From the NCBI GenBank assembly GCA_040954595.2, contig CM082591.2:1525745-1589744 (forward strand): DNA of 64,000 nucleotides. The letters run 5' to 3'. The position numbers and the translations under genes are program-made. Within the stretch, counting starts at the first letter, position 1. Each line of letters starts with the position of its first letter. Of this stretch, positions 26,139 through 37,786 are shown one piece after another. Under the pieces are notes generated by a model, which saw only the letters and a program-made list of their open reading frames with translations, had not been told where the DNA came from and did no database searches. This DNA is from Balanoglossus misakiensis. Its lineage: Eukaryota; Animalia; Hemichordata.

Positions 26139-29100
26139 TTAGTACGCGAATCTCATTTCAGTTGAGTAGCCAAGCTTATCCAGGTTGGGTTGGCAAGCGA
26201 AGTTGATCATGGGTGGTGGCCCACACATCAAGATCAGAGTATCATCAGCCGAGGCTGGGAGATGTTCCTTGATCATTGTTTCGTTCACAAAGCCTTCACT
26301 GTATGTCCAGCCTGTTGATAGAAGAAAAGATATAGTACTCCGTCATTAATCTTGGAATTGTAGGATTTATGCAATATGGCAAGGAATGATCCATCATCCA
26401 CCCCTGTTTCCCTCTGGGGAGATCCAACTTTTACACAGAAAACAATAGAGCTGGACTAAACCATTGTGTTGACAGGGATAGAAGTTCTCACCTTCTGGGG
26501 CTTTGTCCAGGGTGTACCAGAGTTTAAACTGATCTCGGTTGGCCCTCTGACAATCTTCCAGCTCCTCACGAACCAAGATATCCTTCTCAGTCTGTAAAAC
26601 AACATAGTGCATCACAAATTAACATTGGACATGTATAATTATTCCTGGCCTCTATTGAACCAGTCTTTGACCTGTTATAGCTATCTGGCCTCATATTGCA
26701 AAGGAGATCATGCTGGAATAAGAGAATATAACAAGTACATACCTGGTTGGCAAAGATGAGGTGGCATTCGGTGTTATCATCAGGGTCATTAGTAATGTGA
26801 CGGATTAGTTGTAACATGGGGGTGATGCCTAGAGAAGGAAAATATATCATTACACTCCTATAAGCACCATTATCTGGGTAATACAATGTCTGACATAAAT
26901 ACAAGTTTCAAGGACCTTATTGTTGGAGGATACTATTGTTAATTTGCATACTCACCAGTACCACCTGCTATCATTCCAAGCTTCTTAGCCTTCTTCTTCA
27001 CAGGGGGAGATTTCTTGTCAGGTTTGACGGCAAATACACCTGGGAATATGAACATGTGCACCTGTGAAGACCTGGCCAATCACATACATGTACTCCTAAT
27101 ACAAAACATTCACCCAACTGAAGTGCATTGCAGATGACCTTTTTTATCTGAAATTAAAATGGCCCCAACCTTGTCCTTCATAGACCAGTAATCCAGACGG
27201 TCCCCTCACATCGATGTAGTCGCCGATCTCCATAGCTTCTAAGTGCTGCGACATCTTACCACCATCAGGGAACTTGGGGTGCACGTTTTTGAAGTACACC
27301 TATAAAGTTAAATATTTAACATGTCTTTAATGCAAATACACAAGAAAAGTTCATGTGGTATGAAATCCTGCATGTTAACTTCTATCTCTTATCACCCCTC
27401 TTCAAATCCTAGTATGGTATACTCCTCCCATATTGCTGTTCATGATTATTAGAGCCATACCATCAAAATTGGGGGTGGAAAGGATTGATAAAGGCATGTT
27501 ACAAACCTTGATGACAAGATCCATGAAGCCCTTATCATCATCACTGCTGACTGGCGTGTATGGCCTCACAACCAAGCTGCCAAGAATCCTGGCACTCAGA
27601 TAAATGTGTTGACCTGAAAATATTATGCATTTTCTTTATATTTTTTTTTTTAAATATCTACAATATCATGTAACAAGGAACAAAATGGTGGTGTATATTT
27701 GTATCACATACTGTTGCAAGTATGAATAAACAACTTACACTTCAAAAAGCAAGCTCTGTATTACTGCTGAAAAATCACAAACTTAAGGTGACCTGGGCCC
27801 CTTATGTTACTCACCAATAGGAAGACCCAGGATATGTTCGGGCGAAGGAAGAGCAAAACGAAATCGTCTGGTGTCATGGCTGACAATCTATCATGAAAAA
27901 TAAAGTATTTTAAATTGAACATCTTATAGGAAAGAGACAGAAAATGTAGGATGGCTGGATGAATTAATTCTATTTCCTACCTCCTTGTCGACCAACTTCA
28001 GGGGATACTTGGTTTGGTCATCAATCAGTGTCTTAGGTGGTCCTTTCTTGCGACCACCTAGGATCTTCTTGGCTAGGAATGCCGTGATGACCACGACACC
28101 AACACCAATAAGAACCGGAATGCCCTGAAAGAAAAAACAAAGGAATTTAACAAAATGCGGGTCTGTTTTATGTACTGATGACCTTTGAAATCTACAACAC
28201 ATCAAATTGCACGTAGATTGCACACAGTGTCAATGAAATCATCTGACCTGGTAAATGAACTCAGCTGACCCTAGAATAGAATTGCAACCATATGACATGA
28301 TTGTATTTGAATTCTGATAACCTGCCCATGGGTTTTTGATCTACACGTACACTGTACTTTGCAGTGCTCACTGAAATAAACAAAAGAGTCTACCTATTCA
28401 CTAAACACGTACTGAAAACCAATCATAAAACAATGTCACATGCTCAAGTTTCACCTTCAACCCCTTTGCTTGCCAGTGCTAATACAGTTCCCTGGAAGGT
28501 CAGAACCATGTTTGCAAAAGACTTCACATATATGTGTGTGTATCAGTTTGTCTTGTAAACAAACACTGGATGATAAGTGCTCCACCATGTTCATAGATTT
28601 TAACCCCAAGATATCTCTGCCTTCTTTTCCAATGTGATAGTCTTGGTTTTCTCACACAAAAACAAGGCTACCAAATGGCCTTGCAAGTTGCAGTGTGTGT
28701 TATTAAATTCACAGAGACATATGATATGTAGTTTAATCATGGCAAATACATGTACCTCAATTACTCTGTATGCAAGTAATAAAAGTCAGAGAACAGACAT
28801 GATTGTTTTCAGGACTAAGAGACTACCTTGAAGAGTGACGATGTTATGTAATATGCCACCACATCACCCTGGGACACAGACACTGTCCTGAAACAATGCC
28901 ACATTAGATTTGAACATTGGAGGGATGCAGTGGGTCATAACGCTTAGTCACATGTTATTATACCATCAGAATCATGTATTATCTGCTATAAATAATTACA
29001 ACATTAACACCATCAATTGAACTTTGCCCAAGACTGGCAAATCATGCAGTTTCTCAACGCTCAAAACACTGAAATTAATTTCGCTGTACATGTGTGTATA

Positions 29101-30103
29101 CTGCTTACAGCGCTGAAAACAGTAAACTTTGACAATTATTTTAAGGGTTTATTTTCACTTTCACTTTCAGCTTAACGGCAAAAGCAAAACTGAAACTCAA
29201 TTATCAGTAAATTCATGACCAATGTATTTTACTGTAAAGAATATCAATTACTGAACTAAAGTTTGTTGTAAATTTCATGCCAAAAAAATAATTGGTGATT
29301 CATTTATTGAAGCAAAGAAATATTCAACAAAATACTGAATGACGAAGTAAAACATCTGCAAAATGCTATTTAATAATGTAAACTTTGGTTACTGCAATGT
29401 CCATTGCCATGCATTGTAACGAGGCATGCCAGCAACATTTTATAAAGCACACTGACAGAGCTGGCTTGGCCTGGGCAATGACTTTACTGAAAATGTGATA
29501 CAGTATAAAAATTCTTTTTTGAATATTTATATTCTAAAGCACGACACACTTTGGCTGTCCAAAAGTGAAAATGAATATAAATGCAACGCATGTACAACCT
29601 GACAAACTATTTTATCGCACAGGGTTTGGCCTGAGTACGTGTACGTGTGCACACAAACGCTGGGTGCCCTGCCCACAATGACCACGCCCACATAGTGAGT
29701 TGGTTTCAACACACGCAAAAATTCAAGCGAAAAGCACACAAAATCATGCTGAAAAATTATATACCTTGAGCTACCATAGGAGCCGCAAATTCCGGTGTTG
29801 GGTGATTAAAAAACGAATCGGTTAACATATCCCAGGAGGAAGAATGGAGAAAGAAATGCAAATGAGCTAAGAAATTGATCAGACGACATCGACATATGCA
29901 CTCGTGGACTGAACTTCTGTCAACAGAAATTCGGTCATCGATTGCAAAAAGAAGAGAAAATGCAGACAAGGGTTTAAGGAAGCCGACAACTCGTTTGGTT
30001 CTGAGTGAAATGCATGCAGAGATGATGCAAGGGGAGATGAGGCGAGACGACGAGAAAGACTTAAATCGAAGGTGTGACTGACCAGATACTCGCTAGCAGC
30101 CAT
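26139..30103 (-). CDS. CYB5R: NADH-cytochrome b5 reductase (CYB5R1/2/3-like), 305 aa, 9 exons
   Basis: Exons (minus) 30103-30083 (MAASEYL), 28124-27981, 27887-27815, 27613-27507, 27299-27170, 27039-26956, 26828-26743, 26591-26492, 26311-26139. Motifs: N-terminal TM anchor, [37 protein letters not shown]. Confidence 0.96.
26398..26477 (-). repeat. Copy of an ~85-bp interspersed intronic repeat (ccct.tcaacacaatggtt...agggaa.c.ggggtg)
   Basis: Reverse complement aligns with the copies at 56359-56448 and 63321-63406. Confidence 0.7.
29765..29770 (-). CDS. Candidate 6-nt microexon (LK) in CYB5R intron 1
   Basis: tatggtag|CTCAAG|gtatat after an ~95-nt AG-free zone with a distant pyrimidine tract; phase 0-0. 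Confidence 0.25.
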
Positions 30104-31689
30104 CTTGTGTAGACTTGACGACAAAATGTTAGTGTGCTCCAACGTTCTCTTCTCAGGTTATGTGCCCTGTGAGGGCGCTAGATTATTGGGATTTCGTTCA
30201 CGTCATTTTTTTTAACCCTTTTTAATCCGTTTTTCTCTTAAGATTTGTTTTACTTCAATATACTATCGTTTAATATAATGTGTAAAGCAATCGTTTTCGT
30301 ATCGAAAGTTTTAAATATATATATTTAGCGTTGAAAACAATCATTTCTTTCCGATAGTTTGATTTGACACGAAACAATGGCGGCACGAGCGCATTAATTG
30401 TGTTTGGACACACTAACTTTTTGACCCTTTTTTGTGCCTTCTTTGTGTTCACTCGGGGTTGTCATTGTTATTATTCGGACATTAAGGTGTCATGCGATTC
30501 GGCAATAAACTCTGTTACGTTTATTTGGCGCCCGACCACATTCATAGGTCTTTTGTAAACGAAACATGTAGGCCTACCAACACAGTTTTCTTCGATTTCT
30601 TGAATGAATGTCAATTGGATTGTTAAAGTCGAGACGATATTAAAAGTCACCAAACGTGTTGCATTTATAAACAACTGACGGGACAGGAAGAGAATTGTAA
30701 TGAAATTATAGTCTGGGCATATAGGCCTAATCAATTGCGCAGTAAATTACACCGTGATGTATGATGTCTACGGGCTGAGGTTATTAATCAGTCATTTGGC
30801 TCGACAATTTATGTTATACTGCTCGTTGTAATGTGTCTTTTATCGGTCGTGTTAGAAGCTGGCAGCAGGTCTGTGTGGTTTTGGGGGTGATGAGGTAGAG
30901 GTGGAGGCATTGAATTATCCAGAAGGGAAGGTTCACACTCTTTTTCCAAATGAGTTGCACTCGACTCAACTTCAAGTTATCGTGAAACCTATGTATAGCC
31001 TCAATTATGTATAAACTTGCGATAGGTTATCTTTCCTCAATTCACAGGTGTATCAACGCCCATTCTATCTAAAATATATCTTCAAAAGGATATATAAACT
31101 GCTCTTTCGTTGTTTAACGTACATCGGACTGATTCACGACTTATTTAAAGGAAACGAATAAATAAATATGCAAGTCGCCTTAGGGCACGAGTGTTCAGTT
31201 ATGTTTGCATGGGACCTATACAATATGAGCAACACGCTCCGATCCGTGGACCTCGAGGTTCGTACATGCAGGAAATCATGAACAATATGAGAGATACACA
31301 GCAATATTTGTATTTAGGCGGTTGTTATACTAGACAGTCTGCTAGTTTTATCGATGCAAACAAATTAAGTCAGTTACCTTTAACTTTAGTTTATAGGGCT
31401 GTGTCACTACTATCCCGATAACTCAGTCTTCACCAGGTGAAAGTCGTTACTACCTAGACTTGGCTGTTTCCTCGCCGTCGGTAAACTTTCAAATGGTGAT
31501 GATATTTATGTCATCGAAATATTCACTTTCTTTAACCAATTACTGTACAATCACCACTAAGTCAAGTATATTTATGGCCCTGTCAACTCGTTCCGTGACA
31601 TTTTCTTATTATTATTTCATAAATTGAAATAATTAATCTCTGTTAATCTTTGTCAGACTCTATGGACTAAAGTCTGTGATCGTAGCATT

Positions 31690-31745
31690 GTGTGTGTTCG
31701 TGTCTATGCATGTGCGTGTGTGCACGTGCGTGTGCGTGCGTGTGT
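31690..31745 (+). repeat. (TG)n/(TGCG)n microsatellite
   Basis: Directly visible. Confidence 0.8.
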
Positions 31746-32762
31746 TGTTGATTTTTGGAGATAACTTGATTGATATTCTAGTTTATACTAATAGTTTATA
31801 CAGGTCGTTTATGAAGGCCGAGCATATGTACATGTATTTAAAGTATAGCATATGGCAAAATGTGATATTATTTCGGTAACCATGGCTACCTGGAAGACAT
31901 TCCCTATTAAATTCAAAATGGTTACTTACCACGACATCGGTAATCCTGTTCAGAAGTCCAAATACGCAGCAGAGCATGATGATATATCGGTCGATTAATT
32001 GTTAGAATCGCCGTACTTGTACAAAGCAGGGTCGGGATGATATAAGAAGCGGCGTCGACAACCCCGGGTATGGTAGGCCTAAGCCTAGCTGGGCTGTTTC
32101 CTATGGGTCGGGTTGTCCGAAACTGTACGTCGACTGAACGTACGCCAACGAGAACCGATGTTTTTAAAATAATCTGTGAGCAGAACTGTTCATCAACGAC
32201 AAAATGACTGGATAATAACGAAATTGTTGTGGTTTAGGACGGAGAAGTAGCTACTAGTATTTAGGCCTACCCCCATATGACTGCCTGACTACAATTGTAT
32301 GAATATAAATACGCTGTATTCATGACCTGTATGCATACTGCACTAGCTACTTCCATCCGCCCATATGTGCAATATATGTGCAGGCATACCCTACCACCAT
32401 AAATTCTGTATGCACCACTAGTGGCCCAGTAATCATTTGTGCGTAATGTACTTTGGCAAAGCTTTCAAAACCACCATATGCTTTGTCGCGACCGTCATTG
32501 ATGAAGGCCTGCAAATTTGGCAGACCTAGCTTACACATATACATTTACAATTCCGTCATAAATTTGTGATAAAAATAGCGTTCGTAACACTAGGTTCTGA
32601 TAGTATTAATGTCGAACAAACTAGTACTCAAACTAAAAGGAAATGTCTGCTTGTTTCCCCGGCGACCACTTGCCTTGGAATCGATTCTTTCGTTTTTATT
32701 CTCTACGTTGAGGAAAGCAGTGGCGAACAAACACTTGACCTCACTTGACATGAAATGCCAAG

Positions 32763-35700
32763 ATGTCGGAACGGTTCAAACTTGACGCACAGAAAATGGT
32801 GAGGAATTTCTCGTTACTTGGCGATTAAAACACATTTTGCATCTTTCTATCACATTGATGGATTTACAAGGAATATGAGTCTTGTCACTTAGAAAGATCT
32901 TCAACCGTGGTTTGCATTTTTGACAGTTACCAGCTCGTAGCTAATGACGCTATCCGTTGCCTTGCTTGAGTGAGTCTGTTCGCTTCCTGTTTACAAATAG
33001 CAGGCAACAATCGCATTCGCAGGAGCTTGATTACCTGTGGGTTTTTTTCATGCTGACAGATCGCTGCCAATCAGCGTCAAGGGCGGCCCATCTCACCAGA
33101 AAGTAGCAGCAACTGGGACAGTTCCGAGGCTGAGGAAGACGAGAACGAGGGACCCAGAATAGAAGCGTCTACCTCATCAGAAACTGACGATGACAGGGGG
33201 TCGGTCAAGAGATCACCCATCAATATGAAACCATTGCCAACACCAGCAACAAGGAGTAAGTGTTGTGTGACCCCCTCCTTGTTAAGCTATTGTATTTGCT
33301 GTTGAAGTTCAAGTTATTAAATTCAAATAGGGAGGGAAGGTGCTCCTCCCTCACCCCATTTAACATGTATGATTATTGTCAATTTCCCAACTTGGCAGCC
33401 ACCGTCAGCAAAGACAGAAATTTGAAACCCGAATCAGCGAACAAAGGAGGAAGTCGAACGCCACAGAGTGGATTAACACCAAAAGCATCACCAGCTCTCA
33501 GTCTTAAAAAGTGAGTCTCCCTTTCTTATAAATATATATGCAAATATGTCATCTTTTATATGAATATGGAAATGTTATTACCATATTTGATTGACATTGA
33601 CAAAATTATGTCACTTTCTCCAATAATGTTTCTAATTTTCATTTTTAAACATTTGCAGTTCTTTGAAGCCAGGTGTGAATGTGTTTGTGGACAGATCAAG
33701 ACACAACAGTGATGATAGTGACAGTTATGCCGATTCTGTTCCCAAACAAAGAACAATCAGACAAGAAGAGATGCCACCATATGACTTCAGAGGTGCTGTT
33801 AATAATGGTAAATTTGCTCTTGGTTTAAAGTTCCTTTTTTGGGGCCAAAAGAAACCTGCCAAAAGTTCTGAGGAAAAATTTTGTGAAACCCGAAGACATG
33901 TTGATGTCATAACATCAAATGATTGGTCTCACTGGGTACCATCTTGTTGATCTTCACACTGTGTTGTTACAGGTGACAGAGGCCGACTTCGAGAAACACA
34001 GCCACCAGGGAAAAGTCGGAAAGGAAACAGTTACGATCAAACTCAGAGAAAAATATCCAGTCAAGAGGCTGAGGGTAAGTGTGTCCATCTTTCGTAGTTG
34101 TAGTGACAGTCATAATTGTTCCATTTGTTCTAACAAAATTAACAAGCAAAAACTAACGTTTGAAAAAAGACACTGGTCTTGGTCTTTACTGAATCTGCCT
34201 GATTGTGGTGCCAACCCTCCTTTTCCATAAGCTTTCCTTTTATATTTTATCAAGGGATTTCTCATTGTTTTTTAAATTAAAGGCAATGTCTGTATCAGAT
34301 CATTGTCTGATGTTTGTATGTATGTATGTATTTCATGTTTCTACCTGAACTTGTCACTGTTATGTTACACTCCTAAATTTTCAACATAATCTCATACATC
34401 ATTTCTGTTTAATAAAACCTTTATTTTCTCACTTAATTGTCACTGCTGTCAACATCAGATGACTTTTCATGGGCAGACTCTGATGCAGAGGCTCGTACAC
34501 TGAGAGCTCTCAGAGCAGAAATGGACAAAACCAGTCCGACCACACCAGGTAAAATGTAGCATTTCATGACTGAAGTGTTGAAGCCTTGAATGCAGCTGGA
34601 CTGCAGGACGGACATGGAAATGATGCACACACTGGCTTTGTTATAACTGTACTAATAAAAAAGTTGTTTGTGAGCGTGAAAAACTAGTGTAAATTTTAAT
34701 GTGAATGATACTATTCCTCTCAATCAAGACTCTCTAATTAGTTAAATTCTTTCAGTTACAAGCGGTGCAGGACCTTCAAAAAATTATCCAGCTGGACTCT
34801 CAGCTGTTGAATTGAGAGAGAAACAAAAACAAGAGAAAAAGAAAAATGCATCTCAGCAACAATTGGTGATGGCGTCCTCCTCTCCAGTCGATTCCAATAT
34901 CAGTGGAGGGTTGCACAATCCGGCTTTCCAGGATGAGTTTGTCAACGCCGATACGGAAGATAGACGCAGCTTTGCTTTCTCTGATACTGAAGGGTAAGCC
35001 ATCATATCTAGACTTCAATAGGTTTTTGCTACCTAGGTATGTGATAAAAAACTCATGTGTTCGACAGAATTTCAAGATGGCAAATTTCTGCAATGTTTAA
35101 TAAATGGGAGTTCAGAAGCTGAAATTTTGTTGTCTTACTTGCTCACTGCTTCTTAACTTTGAAAAAAAAATATCACTCCCCTTTTCTGTAGGCATATCCC
35201 TCATGCAATGCTAGAACTGTTGTAAACTTTTGGCACAAGAATAATTTCAATCTCACATTTCCTTCTCGCAAAATTCTATTTTTGGCCACTGCAGCAAAAT
35301 TACAGAGGTTTCAGAAAAACGGTAGGTTATGCTTGTAGACATTGTTGATATTTATTATGTTTACTAGGTAATATAATAATTTTTCCCTGGCCTTGTAATA
35401 TTAGTCAGGAGGTTAATATCTGTCGTGTTTATTACATCAATTTTGGTTTCTATATTTCTTGAAAGAGCAAAATGTTTTTCAACTTCTTTTTTCTGTCGTA
35501 TGGGTTAAGGTGTTTGTAACTTGTTTTCTCCAGTAAAGCCAAACTCCACATTTTCATCTGTCACATGATTATAGGATGGTTATTAAGAAGGCAGACGTCT
35601 TTTTGTCTCTTTTGATTTGATTCTATCTATACTTTGCATGGTCTACCTAGCCTGCTGCTATCTTACAGCTTGCACTTTGTAAAAGTAACCATTCATTATT

Positions 35701-36477
35701 TTTCTTGAGAATCTGAAATATTCCTTTGTACCTGTAAGGACAAAGTCCTGATATAAAAGAGGATTGTCCCCAAGATACATTCTTACAACTCTTGAAACGT
35801 TCTGATATTTCCGTTAGGTATATCTATTATTTTGAGCACGGAAACAGAAGATATTTTGATGGTCGAGGTGCTATGACTGAGGCCTACATGGCTGGTATTG
35901 CTGATAAGTAAGTGAATTCATTCAAAGTTTTATTTTAATTTTGAAATATACAAGAACTAGACTTTCAGGTATCATATGATGAAACTTTTACTATGATGAA
36001 GCAGTTACAGTATATTTGCTGGTGTTTGGCAGTCTTTTCTTTTGTTTCTGTGTTGTTTACTGTTCTGTTCCATGTGATTTCAGATCTGCAAAGATCGTCC
36101 GGAGAGGCTTACAAGAATTCTTCCATGCTCTGCGGATAATCGTGGAAGCTGTGCTACTTCTTGCGTTAGAAACAACCAGATTTCTCTTCCAGAGCATTTT
36201 CTATTTTTTCCTGAAAGAACTTTTCATTGTGACCGGCGACTACTTCCTGAGACCAGTACTATCAGCTCTGTACAACCATGTGGTCCAACCACTAGTCGTG
36301 TTCCTTTACAACTTTGGCTACGGATTGAAACGGATCCTCTTCCCGATTATTGAGATTCTCCGGGATACCATGCAGGTTATGGCGATCCCACTTCGAGCTT
36401 TCCGACTGTTTGAGTTAAACTGGAGGGTTCCAAGTGATGTCGGGGTGCACCAGTATGCCCAAATACAACAAGTCTAG
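32763..36477 (+). CDS. Uncharacterised protein (about 468-477 aa): disordered Ser/acidic N-terminus, YIYYFEHG motif, long hydrophobic amphipathic C-terminal domain
   Basis: Exons 32763-32798, 33060-33255, 33399-33510, 33659-33807, 33973-34074, 34459-34548, 34756-34993, (35295-35321), 35818-35907, 36084-36477 splice GT-AG into one open frame; AATAAA near 37519. Confidence 0.8.
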
Positions 36478-37689
36478 TGTATGAAGTTTGCCCCTCAAAC
36501 AGACAGAGTTCCGTGGCCTGGCTGTAACAGTGCTTCTGATTGGCTAAACACACAAATAACACTAAGGATACAGTTATGTATACAGATCTACATGGTTATC
36601 ATCAGGATGGATTTATATGAATGCGGGTTACTCAAAATTAAAATCGAGTGTGTGTATGTGTGTGTGTGATGAGAGAGATAGGAGAAAAAGTTAATGTCCC
36701 AGTAGTCTTCTGGCAACTCAAACATTACCCATAATTTTCAAGATTTTTTTTTAAGTTGGCCAGAGTTTATTGCCAGTTTCCCATTTTTAATTGTGCTATA
36801 ATGAAATTTTAAAATGAATACTATTTAATGAAGAAAATAATGTCAACTTTCTAGTTGTTTTAAAGTTATTTTTAAATGATTTTATCTTACTTGTTGCTTA
36901 ATGAAATTAATTTTGGAATGAGTTCAAATAGTTTAATTGTACATATGTCATTTATATGTGATGTTTAGGTAAATATTTAAGTTTTTAAACCATCTGTCCA
37001 TTGTATCTTGAAATTTAAAATATTCTGTTATTTTTGTAACTTTTTCCACTCTCCCAACATGCCATTTTTGTACGCTTTTCCTTAACAAACCGTCCAAGGT
37101 CATTTGCTCAAGAGATGAATAGCCAAATCTTTCAAAGCTATATTGAACAGCGCCATCAAAGTTAGAGGCGAACTTTCCTGTGCATGATCACACTCACTGT
37201 TTTTGATACAACAAACAAACTCTCTATTTATTGTACAATGTATATTGATGACTACTGAGCTTTAAATGATCTGTTATTACTTAACTTTTTATTCCCACCT
37301 TCTTTGTTAAAATAAGCTTGTGTTAACATTGATTTTGAAGAATTGCTAAATGTTATTCAAAGATGTTCTTTGAAGTAGAACTAAATGTGTCCTTCGACCA
37401 CGATTTATTTCGATATTTCACTGTAATGTATTTAAATATAGTTTAGGTGAGGATTGGCACGTGTACATTTCCAGTGCCTTATAAAACATTGGACAGATTG
37501 AATGACATGTTGGGTGTAAATAAAGCAAATAAAGAGTATGTTATTTTATGATTGTTTAGTCTCTTGTTTCTATTGAATCTTGTCGCTTTGACGTGACCAG
37601 CAGAAGTGTAGTGTGAACATAAGAAAGATGAAAAGTAACATTTATTAAAACTTGCATAGGATGTACAAGGAATTTCAAGGTCGCTGATA

Positions 37690-37713
37690 GGGTCAGAGGT
37701 GGGTCAGAGGTCA
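37690..37713 (+). promoter_or_regulatory. Composite nuclear-receptor element GGGTCA-n5-GGGTCA-n1-AGGTCA (DR5 plus DR1)
   Basis: Three perfect RGGTCA half-sites, ending 74 bp upstream of the eIF3m ATG. Confidence 0.4.
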
Positions 37714-37786
37714 TTTGACTCGTAGTGCGCCCTCTAGAGTATTTCACTGATTCAAGCTCGTGGACGATCGCGTCTGGCAATTCAAA

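Noticed and set aside
29757-29969. 70-aa minus ORF as a possible CYB5R first exon
   Set aside because: Its donor is phase 1 but exon 2 needs phase 0; the 21-nt MAASEYL exon fits instead.
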